Origin: Ophelia neglecta
Taxonomy: Eukaryota
Direction: 5' to 3'
DNA length: 64,000 bases
NCBI GenBank assembly: GCA_965285935.1
Contig: OZ260661.1
Location: forward strand, 109,058,001 to 109,122,000
Part shown: positions 45,055 through 58,870 of the stretch, one piece after another
Layout of the letters: the number at the start of each line of letters is the position of its first letter
Position numbering within the stretch: position 1 is the first letter of the stretch
Made by a program: the position numbers and the translations under genes
Notes under the pieces: model-generated
What the model was told of the DNA's origin: nothing
Databases searched by the model: none
What the model saw: only the letters and a program-made list of their open reading frames with translations

Positions 45055-47643
45055 GGCTAGGAAACTTGTCTGGTCGTATACTATTAGTGCTACCAGTTAA
45101 GCTAGATCCAGTACCATATTCTGAAATAAATAAACAAATAGTAAAATTGCTGGTTTTACTCACTGAACTTATCGTTGAAGTAAAGATCTTATATAGCTAT
45201 GGTAGTCATGAAATATCAGTGACCAGGGGCCCGAATATACTGGGCTATAAAAGGTCGTTCGGCCCTTGTTTCAAGATTTATTAAAAGTTTTTGAACACAG
45301 CTAACCACAATATATTATCTCCCAAGCTTGAGTGATAAGGGATTAGGGGTGTTGCTCTGCAATGCTGCAATGGAGTAAGAGCTATCTAAGTGAAAGACAT
45401 TTTTAAAAAGATACAATATTTTGCACCAAATATACATACATCATAATTATATATACATCATGCTGGACATAAAATGCACAGTGCCTCAATGCTCCATTTT
45501 GGGACACACTTTATTTCTGTTTAATATTCACTAATGATTGATTTGGCAACAGTTTCTGGTATTTAATGTTTAATAATATTTACTGATGATTCAACTACTC
45601 TTATATATTACCGCTACAAATTTATATGTAATTCTTCATCACTTCATGATACAAGTCTCAATATCTTAGCATAATTACCCTGCCAGACTCACCCCCACTA
45701 TATAGCTTTTACCGAGTATGTCTTTCGCTAGCCATATTGTATCTCATTATATTTTTAAAGAAGTAACAGTTACAATGCCCACCCTTTTCTGAATTTTAAA
45801 TTCAAACAAAAGATGTACTGATAATGTTAAAGACGTTCCAAGTTCAATTTTGACCAAACATTTTTTTGGATCTTGCTAATTTCCCGTGGCTCATCGAGTT
45901 CGTAAAACAGATATAATTTCAACATAAAATGAATGATTCACAAGAACAGGATTCGAAGGAAGCGGCCTATTTCCGCAATGAACAACAAAACAATAAGTGA
46001 AATATTTGGTCATAGCTGGCCACGAAAGGATACAGTATCTGCCGTTTCCTAGCTACAGAATTGAAGATAAATTGGGCAGAAAATAGAAAACTACGTTCAA
46101 GGGATCACTGCCCATTCATTCTATGGGCGGCTATTGATTAAACGCGGACGTGCGGAAGCTATGCGCACTCGGAAGTCATTGGTATTTCAGACAAACAGGA
46201 AGCAAAAATGCGTCAGTAAAGCAAGAGTAAGGGCTGAGGGTTAATTTCAGGGTTTGGGCAAGGGTAAGGGACGAGTTCAACAGGTCTATTGCTCTGTTCT
46301 AATTCCGGGATGTACCTCCACATGGCTCCGCGATTCCGCTTAATCAAAAGCCATATGGGCCGTCAGCATAACACCCATAATGAGCTGCATATCTGTGGCA
46401 TGTGGCTAGCCGTTTCCGTGCACACAGCACATAGAGCGATTCGGGTGTTGCTCTTTACATTTAAAAGTACTCTAATTAACGTAAATATTTGTATATCGAC
46501 TTTTTTGCAAATATTATTTACTTCTTTCAAGAGTGTTTTTAAAGCACCGAGGATAAAATTATAGCCCCACTCTTATCACACTCTATTCGCCGAGGCTTGT
46601 TCATGAAGGCGTGTCGTACACTGAGCGATAATAAATGATTACACCGTACTGCAGCCCTGACAATGAATTTATATAAATTGTGTAAATGAAATTTAATAAT
46701 AAGTCTAGAGGGATAATAATTGTTAATTCACACACAATTGTTTGTCGTCAGTCTAAGGTCTGAGGACCATTTTTATATTAGTTAATATATAGTAGCTAAT
46801 ATAACATTGGCCTAGGTAGGATTTTAAAAGCCAATCTAGCTAACACTTGCCATACTGGATCTACTAAAAGACACACAGAGGATAGGCTGGGCTAGTTTGA
46901 TCACACATTATGAAAATCTGGGTTTCTTACCTGTAATCACACTCGATACCTATAGGCCTATAACTTGAACCATACATTAAACAGGTATCACCATTATGAG
47001 ACCTGCATGGCTCTGACAAATAATCAGACAGGTATTATAAAGCTGCCGGGGAAGACTTGGTTCCGTATCACGTCCTGCAGAAGTTGACGTAGGCAAGTGT
47101 GCAGTCAGGCGAGACAACTGTGTCAGCTGTAGGCACGCCACCGCGAAATAGATGTATACCGTGATGGTCAAAACGCTCGGTAACTGCCCTCGAAATTAAA
47201 CAGTGATCAAGCATATTCCTAGTTGAATGCTGAGTGTATGACCATCATGAATAACAGAGATGGACGGGATTATTATAAACTCATCGTGCCGTCAAACACA
47301 GAGCCACATTTTTAATACAAACATGGAAACACAGTACAGTCTTGGCGAGGATACGGCTGGGTGCCTCCTAACTCTGATTTGAGACCGCAAATAACGTGAA
47401 TGCCTAAAATAAACCTTATTATCATACCACATGGCCAGGTGAAATGGCGAAACAGGTTTGGACGTCCACTTAAAGTCAGATGCATAGTAATTGTCCTTAA
47501 AATGTTAAAGAGAATTAATAAATGGTGGATTTAAGCCCAGGGGTCTGGGAGAGGGGGGGGGGGTCCTATTAGCAAGCTATATATATGTATTGAAGAAATG
47601 TGTTCTCTTTGTACATAAATGTGTTATTTAAACAAGGCATTCC

Positions 47644-47782
47644 TGAAAATGGTTTATTATTTCATAGACCTCTCCTATAAAGTTTTGTTTTTTTGGCCAA
47701 AAAAACAAAACTTTATAGGAGAGGTCTATGAAAATGGTTTATTATTTCATAGACCTCTCCTATAAAGTTTTGTTTTTTTGGC
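47644..47782. repeat. Direct-inverted-direct triplication containing a perfect 74-bp palindrome
   Basis: Arms 47660-47696 and 47697-47733 are exact reverse complements with no spacer. The 54-bp segment 47644-47697 recurs at 47729-47782. Confidence 0.92.
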
Positions 47783-50700
47783 TGATTTCCCTAGGGTGCC
47801 AAGGGTGCGTTTCTTATCAAATGTCCCGAGCCAGGGTATTTTTTTGGCCCTACTGCCAAGAGCATGGTTACGGAACCTGCAGCTGCACACCCGTGTGCAC
47901 ATTTTTGAAAGAGCCAGGTATATGCATGTATGGGTTCCTAGAATTTTAGTATCAGAGTGTCAGTATAAAATGCATGTGTCAATCTAGTGTCAGTATGTAA
48001 ATAAGGAGGAGTTTGATAAATTTATGTGAAAGATCCTAAAACAGCTTAAAACAGTTGTCTTGCAAGAGCACTTGTGAGATAGGGGGGGGGGGGGTTCTAG
48101 TCCCTCACTATTTAGGCAGCCAACATTGCAGTCGTTTCGCTGTTCCTATCACGGTTCGACTACTAACTGTAATGGCCTTCTGGCAGGGTCAGGGGAGCAT
48201 TCGATAAGAAGCCCCTTAAGAGCCTAGTCACTTATTACCAGCTGGGGGGCTGGGTAAATATTTGACACAGTTGACTTACCATGATTGATTCCCCCCCCCC
48301 CCCCATATCTTTAATGCATCTAGTTGAACTTTTGTTGTTGAAAAAGATGAACTTTCGTTTAAACTGTCTTGGAATTTGTGGACATATTAAAAGTTGGCAG
48401 CTTGAAAACATTTTCTATATGTATAAGCTTAGGCATATTGGCTACCCTGTGCCCTGCCGGTGAGAGGTGAACGTTATAGATAGATCTCACGGAGTCATGC
48501 ATTAGACAAACTGTGTACTACAAAAATGTAACTAAACTATACCTAAACATGATGTACTGGAAAAGCTCCCCCTCCCCAGTTTCAATGGTGTTACCCTTGT
48601 AATATGACCGAATGCACGAACTCCCAGACCCACAGAACAAATATGTTCGGCAAGTTTTTAATACCCTATTTTGAACAATTAAAGCATTTTGTTTGGCGTT
48701 CCGCTAATATTTGGTCAAACTATTTGGCTGCGAAATCACAATCTAGACACAGTAGAAGTATACCTCAAAATACTTTCGAAATATTTCTTGAGTTACGAAA
48801 TACCGGAAGTAGTAGTAAGTTACTTGATATAAAATGTAAAACAAATCCTGCATTATTATTGACGACTTGCGCATTAAACGAATTCAATATCTCAGCTCAG
48901 TGATAGGCCAATAGTATGGGCGAAATAATATTATGCATGTAAAGTTAATGCTACGCAAACCTGTTATATGTTTGTCATGTCCGCAATCTTTTATAAAATA
49001 AAAACTACTTTAAATATATTAGGGTTTTATACAATCTTTTATGAATTGTGTTAATTATATACATATACCTTTATATAATATTATATCGTGTACGCTCATA
49101 CTTTAGCAAAATAAACATAACTTTATAGTGTAACAAATGAAACAAGCGTAAGTAAAAAAGAAATCAGTCTTTCGGTTTTTTAGTCACAGTTGCCCAATCT
49201 AGTCGCTTTTGAATATATTCTAAAATGTCAAGTAGCCTAATACTGTCAAGTTGACAGGAAAACGTATACAAGCAGTGCCTACAGTTCTTGTATAATGCGC
49301 CAGATTACAATGACAAGCGTATAGTAGTATCTTGGGAATTAATTTGGCCAAACTATATATTCAATATGCCAAATTCTCTGCAACAATGATATCGTCACGA
49401 GAGATTTTCACGCCGGAAGTACCCTGAACCTGCAGGGGACAGATTTTTCAATATGGCCGCGCACAGCAAACGTAGTACGGTGTAGCGCTACACTTTAAGC
49501 TCATTTAAGATGCTACACATCAATTGAGCCGTTTCTGGCTGCATTTCTAGAACACGTCGAACTCCAGGCATTAATTTCTATCCGTTAGCATAATTTATAG
49601 GTATTAGTGAAATATAAACTGCTGGGTGTTCGAATAAATTATGTAACTCGTGTATTTTTTTTCTGTGTTTTCTTTTCGTTCTTCTTTGCCTTGCTTTGCT
49701 TTATCTCTTCCTCCTTTTTCCCTGTGATTTCTTTATATTAATAACCTTATATCTACTCCTCCCATTCATATGCTTACATATTTTGGTAGCCTGAGTTCTT
49801 GGTTATATTTTTAAAAATTGAAGTAATCAATGCATAATAACTTTACATGTGTGTGGATACAATAATTTCCTTCGAACATCTATTTTCCCCCTTGTCACAA
49901 TTTTTGTATACTTTATTTTCTCCATTATATTTATACTTTATCTTCTGTACTTTATCTATTGTAAGCATGCATTACTTGATGCATATGTTATCTTGTGGCT
50001 AAAATAAAAATCACTTCTCTTCAATTCAATTTACTAAAAAAAATAGATGCCAAGGTTAAAATTCCCGAAGCTTTGACAAACTAACATAAGCTGATAAAAA
50101 CTTGTAGCTCGATTGTTCAGTTAACCATGAAAATCATAGATGTCTTTGACCATGGCGATTAAATTATCGGCAAGCCAGCCATCGGTTAAAATCAACCTTG
50201 TTGTTTTCTCTTACATCTGGTAGCCGCAAAACGACACCGACAACATCTTGAGGTCGCAGATTCAACATTATTTCGGTCATTGCTTTCATTTCTGACCCCT
50301 CCGGCTATCCCATGTGGCAACGCGTGGTCCTAACAGCTGACGCCAGGCGCGCCGTAATCAGCGTTAGAGGATTTTGCCCAAGGTGCTCCTTAATCAATCT
50401 CAATTGTAATATGGCGTATCAGGCTAAAGCATCAGTCACTGAGGATGTATCAGCAAACTGGCGGTATTAGGGTACAGGGTCCGAACCAAAGGAACTAAGA
50501 AACGTCTAGCTTTTGCATAACTTAAATTTCTGCTGCCGTTTCTATAACTAATCTATAAAGTTATAGTTATCATGTTCTGGATTTTGATAGATAGGACGAT
50601 CAAATGTCATAGGGTAAAAACAGGTGAATCCTAACAATGTGAGTACACTTGACTCGACCTTTTATACTACTGCCGTCATTGGGGACTGACGCAGTTAGGG

Positions 50701-51998
50701 TACTCGACGTTAGTTACAAATGTGTTGAATATTGACAGTTACGATGAGCAAGTGGAAATTGTGAAGTTCGGCCCACTTGGCTGCACCATGTCCAGCATCG
50801 ACTTGGAGAGGACTAAGCTACGTAGTCGCTGCAGAAATCACTGTCCAGCAGGTGAGTGTCTTTCCGCTAAAACTTTACATTAAGTATTTATAAATAAACA
50901 CATTTCGACTTTTGATTTAAACATTAAGTAGCTATACCGCACGCTCTCATTCTGTTAAAAAAATTAATGTTATGATCAACAACAAGATAATTACTTGTTG
51001 ATATGCAACAAAGCTTTTGTTAAAATAATGCTTGCTTTTACTACAAAATGATCTATTGTTTGGTTATTTTCTTTCTATGATAGTTGGCGATTATAAAACG
51101 ATTTAACGTTGTTTATTGGTGTTATTTCAATTGGATTACTCAGGCAATCAATGAATAAAAGGTACAAAATTCCAAATAAACTGTACCTAACGTTATGCTT
51201 AGTTCTCTTTATTTACCAAGAGGATGTGTGAAGTTAACTCAAGTATCTGTTGGTGAACTACTGTTTCCTGGCATTGAAAATGCCTTTTTTATCAAATACA
51301 ATACAATTCATCACAAAAGACCCAATAGATGTACACATATTTTATCTACGTCGCATAAAACCATGAGAGCAAATTGTTTTAAGGACGACACGATTAAAAA
51401 CATATTCAACACAATTAAATCGCGGCAACAAAGGAACCATTTATGCAGAACAATATTAACTTCCTTCCAAATCATTCATGTCTAACATTCATCATAACCT
51501 CTTCTGTAATGCACACTGTGGTGAACTGTTTCGAAGAACCAGAATATGTATACACGGCTCCATAAAACAAATAATTCAAAAGTTTTTTTTTACCAACATC
51601 AAAATTTCTGCCAGAAAATGCACCAAAATTTAATAGTGATACACATTGAAAATTCAACCGCCTGGCAAGATTATCACAAAATGTTCATACTTAATTGCTC
51701 CTACAGACATGAAAAAAATCCATAACGTGAGGCAAGTGGCCTACAGACAGTATATCGTGTTGTCAAAAGCAGCTTTTTTCTTCCTCTCGTGCATGGTGTC
51801 TCAGAATATTCCCAATTCTTACTACAAAATGAGTTGTCAGAACAATGTGCTTGTATCCAGAGACACCCATATTCAAGTTCGCACGCTGAGTAGGTTGAAA
51901 AAAGAAGTCCGTCACAGTAATCATGATGTAAACTGGAATTGTTGGAATATGATTTATATGATCGTACAGGTCGACTTCGATTAAGTGAAACACGAAGG

Positions 51999-54900
51999 TC
52001 AACCGAGCGGCGCCCTCATGTCATACAGGGTCGGTGCCTGGACTATGATTCCAAACGTTCCCACTAAACAAGCGGCCGTGAAGATCCATAGAAACAGACG
52101 ATCCAACACCATAGCAACGAATTGCCAGTCTTGCTTCACCTGAAAAAAATAAGCAATACATATCATTGAGAGAATTAAGTCATCTAACTTTTAATTGATC
52201 ATGATTGAAGTTTTCTAGTTGGGTCTTGTGTATTAGAACGCTTTATATGATACTGGGCTGGTTTACTGATTTATCCATGCCGTCTGGCTAATATGCATAA
52301 TAATAATACGTTTGAAACATGGCAGTTTATCCTTTTTTACATGTATTAGGAACTGGTCGCAAAATATGGCAAGAGGGGTGGAGGTAAAAAGTGGACGGGG
52401 AATTCTTTTTAATCAAGAATGGGTGGCAAGAGAAAATAAATTCAAGGAGGAGCGAGCGGGTCCTTCAGCAATAACGTTAAAGTTAAGACTGTTTTGTGAA
52501 AATGGTTCAATGTTGTGTTTTATTCCTCACTTTAGTTTCCACCGTCAATATTACAGGCGTCTTATACAACACTCTCAAGTCGAACTCACCGGTAATAATA
52601 TATTAAGATAAATATATCATTTAGGCCTACTAGATATAAAAATATGCCCGCTAAACTACATGCGAATTCCCAATCCCGGCAAAAATGCCATATAATGACT
52701 AATCCCTTATGAATCAGATGCTTAATATAGATAAAAAATGTAGAAAAATTATAATACCGGAACTGGAGACTAAAACAGCCATCCTGGTAACTTCTAACTT
52801 CTAGTTATTTAAGGTTTGAAAATATTATTTGAGACTGATCTATTTGAGCCTGAAACTGTAAACATACAGACTAATAAATCTAGCTATCCTGCTTTCTTAC
52901 CCCATTGAACTCGTCCTGCTGTTTCATGTGATCTGCTATAAATGATACTCCAATCATTGCTTGCATAACCGAAGGCGGAAGTCTACTTTGACGTCTGCCC
53001 ATTGGATTCATAGTATCTGGGTCAATTAAAATGTCATCCGTGCCGCCGCGCATACTCGAACTGCACATATAATTCCCGTGAATATTATCCATTGTGAGAT
53101 CTGTTGTCTCTCCATATGGATCGCGAATTTCGACACCATCGCACGTGCGCACGGCCACTTTGGGAAACTTGTCCCGTTTATTCTGCGGCCGCCTCATCAA
53201 CAGCAGTCGCGGAAGGACATTCAAAAATAGTTCCATAATCCACGGTGACATGACATGTGTTGAGGGCGACCGGAAATGTATGTTTAGCACAAACACCGTC
53301 ACTATGATGGAACAAGTTACCAGCACCATGGTAAAAAGCAGATATTTTCCTATAAGTGGCGTGGCCAATGAGGTCGGCGGATTAATCTCGGCCACCAACA
53401 AGAGGAAAATGTTCAAGGAATTCAGAATTGTTATACTCAGGGTGATTTTCTCTCCTGAATTAGCAGGAATATAGAACACCAAGAGAGTCACTGAACAAAT
53501 GGCGACACATGGGAGGATAAGATTGACTGTATAAAATAGTGTTTTCCTCCGAATTGTTATATTGAATTTAATATCCGGGTAAGGCTCGTTACAGCAAGGG
53601 TAATATTTCTCGTGTTTTTTGGCCATCACTTCAAGAAGATCCCACTCGGTACTTTTGTAATAGTCTGTCAAATCTATTCCGTCCTTTATCACGTCCATGT
53701 CTTGGTTAGAATCCTTAAGTTCCTTGTGTCTAATATCCACGGAGTAGCCATCATATGTCCAACTGCCTATTTTTAAAGTACACATTTGCTCATCAAATGG
53801 AAAGAACTCCACGTCAATGGGACAGAGGCTTTTATAGATGGCCGGTGGCTTCCAAGTTACGAGCCCGTCGTTTGTAATGGTGGCCTTGGTCATCAACTTA
53901 ACCGTGAAATTGCCATCCGCACTGAAAGCATAAAAAAGAAGTATTCCTTTGTGGGCTAGTATTCGTAAAACAGGTCATAAGTTATCAGGGATCTCTAAAA
54001 TACCAGGATTATTTTTCATGCTTTTTGATTATAGCATTCATTTGCAGTCATACGGTGCTCCTCAAGGAGGAATATCCCAAGTACAGCTAGGCTACAGTCT
54101 CAGGATATATGGAGGCTGTTTTAATAAACGCCTTCCAGTGATTAGCCTTCGAATAACCAATTAACATATCTCAAAATACAGGTATAATTAGGTATATACA
54201 GTGAAACCTGCCTTAAAGACCACCTCTTTATTCAAACCACCTGCCAATGCAGACCACTAATATAAAGACCATAGTGTGCACTTTCAAAGTAAAAAAAACC
54301 GTGTGTATACAGACCACCTTTATAATCAGACCAGTATTTTCCAGTCCATTGGGTGGTCTTACACAGGTTTCATTGTACATATAAAGGTATATATTGGTTG
54401 TAAATGTATTAAAAAAACTGAAAACATGCCATCCGATAAAAGGAGCTATTGTGGGCCATGTCGCTTCCCTTTCTGCATTAGCCTGTGTCTTTAATTGCAT
54501 TACATCGTCTTCGGCTAAAAATATTCAATTTAATTGGCAGTTCTCTCACTTTCTGAACATAATGGCAAACTGCACCAATAGGCCTCTACCATACTCTGTC
54601 ATACGCCGATGTAATTCAGGGAAAATATGTGTGTGTGTGTTGAAACAATGAATTTTTAGTTTGTGGACTTGAGCACCCTTTAACAAGGTATGCTTGTATT
54701 CTCCAGGCGACATCCGGGTATCCTTCGCCATTTTCATTATTTTTCACATTTGCAAGCAGCCACTGGATCACGCTGTGTTCAGATATTTCCATGTTATGCC
54801 CTTCCACATAGTCCTAAGCCTATTTTACTTCAAACGTCATGACGTTTACAAAAGAATAGCTATAATATAGGCATCAAATACCCTGCAATATCTTAACTAT

Positions 54901-57118
54901 AGCAATGAAGATATGGTATTTTTTTATCTGCATGACAGAAAGGGTCAATATTAATTTGATTTATGCCAAGTAATAAAATTGCCCATACATCCAACTGTGG
55001 AAATAAATGTGTAAATTTATTATAGTGTAAAAATATCTGTGCTTCAGTAGGATAATGATTTTATGTAATTGTATGGTTGCCCATTTAACAATACTATTAG
55101 AAATCATTAAAAATGGCGCATTGAAATGTCCAGTAACATATTTGCGGCCATCATTTAGGGAATGGTTATATAAACTCATTTTTAAATGCTTAAGGAATTA
55201 ACGGTATCGCCCGGTGCATTCGGACGTAGGAACAAGAATATATTCTTAAATCCTGGCCCCATTTGCTAGAAAAAAACTAGACATAAGTTTTAACATGGTC
55301 TAAAATGTTCTTAGCTGAGAATTTTCTTACAGCTGATGTGATGAAACAAATAGGCTTAGATGAGGCACAGCAACCTTTTGGGCTGTTATTGCCATTATAA
55401 TTGGAAACTATTTTGTTTCCAAACTTACTTAAGGTAACATTTCTACTTGCATAAGTAATACTTAATTATATATATAAACAAGCTAAGCCCCAGAATGTTT
55501 CTGATCCTCAAATCGTGCTCTAAAATTAAACTCAAGTTTAAGACGAAACAAATCTACCATTTTTTTCGTAGTAAAAACTAAGCAAGGTTTTTTCTGGCAC
55601 ACGGGGAAAGATCTAATTCCTCTGACAAGCAGACTTCAAATGAAGTTATGTATTATACATGTATCTAAGCGACATGCGGGCTGTCGGTTTGGTTTAAAAC
55701 CACGAATGATCCAAGTAAAAGATCAAACATATCAAGGTGTTGGGCGCGGCATTAAATTAATGTGCTTGGACACCGTGAGGCAGCTTTCACGAGGTGCCTT
55801 ATTCTCATTCCGGAAAATGGCCCAATATAAGTGTGGCGGATTGCTGACAATTCTGTTGTTTATTACCAACTGTGCTTAAGTCGTCTGCTGTCGTTTACTC
55901 GTATTTATAAACGAGGGCATAAATACCTGTTATACAAGACAATGTCCGGAAGCCATATATCGTTACTGGGGACGTACAGCCGATCGATCCCGCCGTACGC
56001 GGCCGAGTTCCAGGTCAATTTATAGTCGTACCATTGCTGTAAAATAAAATAGCACGTTAAAGATATAATTCCATTGAAGTTAGATATAGCAGGGAATGTG
56101 AAGGATTAACTGTTGACTTGATAACGCCGTCTTCCTGGGCTTATGGCGTTTTTAAAGCTACATTTTCTCAAATTATATAGTATGGCTTTATCGCCCAAGC
56201 TTTCACGACCAGCCACAAATTTCCTACTGGTATGAACTTTCCGCCCTGATGGTCATCCAATATTACCATATCGTGTTTTCCCGCCATGCTCAATTTTAAT
56301 GCTTTATCAAATGACTATGGATTCCGCAGCCGTCTGCATCACAAAAGCATAAGACGACCCCGGACGTTTGTTTTACGACAAGTAAGTGATATTTAGTGCC
56401 AGACCGCTTGCACAAATCAGAAAAAGGAACCGACTGTTGGCAAAGAATGAACAGCAAATCGATGCAAAGGTTGGCTCGATCCTGTCTACCCATCATGTAT
56501 TTCCAGAACAAAGTTTCGGGGGAAAATGGATGAACTATTATTGGTTGGTAAGAAAAAAAGTGAGATTGGACTTCGGGTTGTGCTTTGATATGTCATAATA
56601 GTTAAATTATAGTATAGGTGAACCTGGTGGTCGATGCCACAGAAATATATCATAACTGTTCACACCAAGTACAGTAATATACATGTATAAATAACTTGGC
56701 GAAACCCATGGAGGTCCCGCGAAAGGTCAACGTTCCCTTCCATAACAACAATCAGAGACAAATGCCAAACAATCTGAAATCATATGGCATCATCTTTTGG
56801 TGCAGCTCATCAGCAGAGTAAACTCGCCTTGTCTCATTACCAAAAGCCAACAAAATAATCCATCATACTCCACTCTCATGCAATAAACTTGTTAACGTGC
56901 CGGCTACGAAAGGGCGACTTGACAATGGAGCTAGGACATCAAGCCCTTGTCATCGAAACAACTACCCTACTATCCTAAGCATTTTGTTATCCAATGAACC
57001 ATCTTTTCCAACCCGCAGTACCCTGCACTAATACAAATCAATATGATAGCAAGAAAAATTTGCAGCAACTTACCTGTTCTAGCCAAACATTAGTCGTCAT
57101 GATTTGATTCTTTTCGTC
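51999..57118 (-). CDS. Nicotinic acetylcholine receptor alpha subunit (Cys-loop, cation-type), 5'-partial
   Basis: Exons 57118-57074 ([15 protein letters not shown]), 56036-55927 (QWYDYKLTW...[11 protein letters not shown]), 53921-52901 (Cys-loop [22 protein letters not shown], loop [11 protein letters not shown]1-M3) and 52139-51999 ([20 protein letters not shown]...*). Phases are consistent. Vicinal cysteines mark an alpha subunit and GEK precedes M2. Signal-peptide and N-terminal exons were not found in the window. Confidence 0.95.
54199..54375. mobile_element. Tc1/mariner-type MITE
   Basis: TIRs CAGTGAAACCTG and CAGGTTTCATTG, TA on both sides, internal GACCAC repeats. Confidence 0.8.
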
Positions 57119-57459
57119 CTGAAGAAGAAACAAGTGTTTATTGATAATCATGTGTAAGTGTAATCAACAATATCTATATTTAGGATATATATATACAGTT
57201 TGGGAAGATTTATAATACAAAAATAATAACACGAGGTCACTTCAGCTTGTAATTTATGGTTTCTCTAAAAATCGATGACCAGTTTGTTATACATATAAAT
57301 CACCCAGGAATGTGCAATGTGCAATGTGGAAACACCGGGATACAGTGTAATAATATTTTTTGCCAAATTCCTGTCTCTGAGTAATATTACTACAGCGCGA
57401 GTAAAGCGATAAGGGTACACCCCGGCGAATATCTCTCCTGCACCACAGCCAGGAATCAA

Positions 57460-58870
57460 AAGACAAGCTAATGCAGAAAGGCGGTACCCTATTTCGAAAA
57501 GTAAATGTCCAAGGATTCCGAAGTGAAGAAAAACCGTTAAGCCTTCTTTAACTACTCGACCTTCAAGCTTTTAAGCCAAGATTAATGGTAATCGAAAGAA
57601 ACCAGCCGGGAATAAAACCAAGAACGACGACGAAAAGGCTGATCCTTTCAATAATACTTTTTTACCAATATTCACCAATGAGGACACAAAAAATGGATTT
57701 AGTTTCGAAAACGAAAGTGCAAGGAATCTCTTGGCACCCTAGGGCCTACTCTTGAAAGAAAATGTCAGGAAACAACTCAAGAGTATCAAGACAACCAAGA
57801 GTCCATGGCCTGATAAGACTCCACCCTGGGTACTGCCGGGACTGTCAAAACCGCTAGGCATCGGCACCACATTATTCAACAGATGTCTCCATGAGGGTGT
57901 TATATGAAAAGACTGGAAAGTCAGCCATGTGACCACAATCTAAAAAAGTTTACCCGGGTGATCAACGTCAAATTTCCGACCATTTAGTCTTACTACAGTG
58001 ATCTGCTTGAGATTGGAGACATTTGTTAGAGAAGCATTAGTGAGCTATAATCTTAAGCAACCCCAACTCACTGCCAGATCGCGTTCCCAAAAGGCAGATC
58101 GGACGTAATCAGTTCGTTTGCCAGACATTGTACACTCCTTGATTCACCTTTTTGTTGAAGGCAAGACGATTTTAAAATTATACATGAGCAGCAGGACTGT
58201 GACCTGGTTGGATTGATGGACTGGTCCCAAGCCTGGCAGCTGCAATTCTCTCTAGGCAAATGAAAAATTATGCATCGGGGCACACACAAAAGGCAGCGTC
58301 AGTACCACAGGATCAACACTGGAAAAGTGACAAACTTAGAGACAATCACAGAGGAGAGGGAACTCGGGATAGTCTTCAACTGTTAGCTGTTTTTCTACAA
58401 ACACACGGAGAAAGCGAAGTTCAGGACCAACAGAGTGCTGACGCTTTCCCAACTTGATGCATTCACAATGCGCCTTTCGTTTAAAGGACTGGTGAGTTCT
58501 CGCTTGGAATACGCCATTGTGACTTGGTGTCCTCTACACTTCAAGGACTCGCGTCTCATAGGAAACATGAAGAGCGTTTCAAAACACATCATCTCTAAAG
58601 GCCCAGATACCGTCGAGAGAAGGGAGACATGGTCGAGGTCTACCAGATCCTCAACATTAAACTCCAAGTCCCTGACGGTTACCTGATAAGAGACCAAAGC
58701 ACAATGACTAGCGGACATAGCCTGAAACTCAAGAAACGGTACGCTGCCACAGAGCTAAGGAAAAAAATTATGTCTTCGCTCTGCAAATGGTCGATCCATG
58801 AGACGGACTTCGTGGCGAAGTTGTCACTGCCCCGACATTTCAGTCGAGGCTGGATTGTGTTGGAAACACA
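57460..58870 (+). mobile_element. Decayed CR1-like LINE reverse transcriptase (ORF2) fragment
   Basis: Frameshifted remnants include KSPWPDKTPPWVL, WKVSHVTTI, NFRPFSLTTVICLRLETFVR, LMDWSQAWQLQF, FKGLVSSRLEYAIVTWCP, RRDMVEVYQIL and TSGHSLKLKK. It lies antisense to nAChR, upstream of the most 5' exon found, so probably within an intron. Confidence 0.85.
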
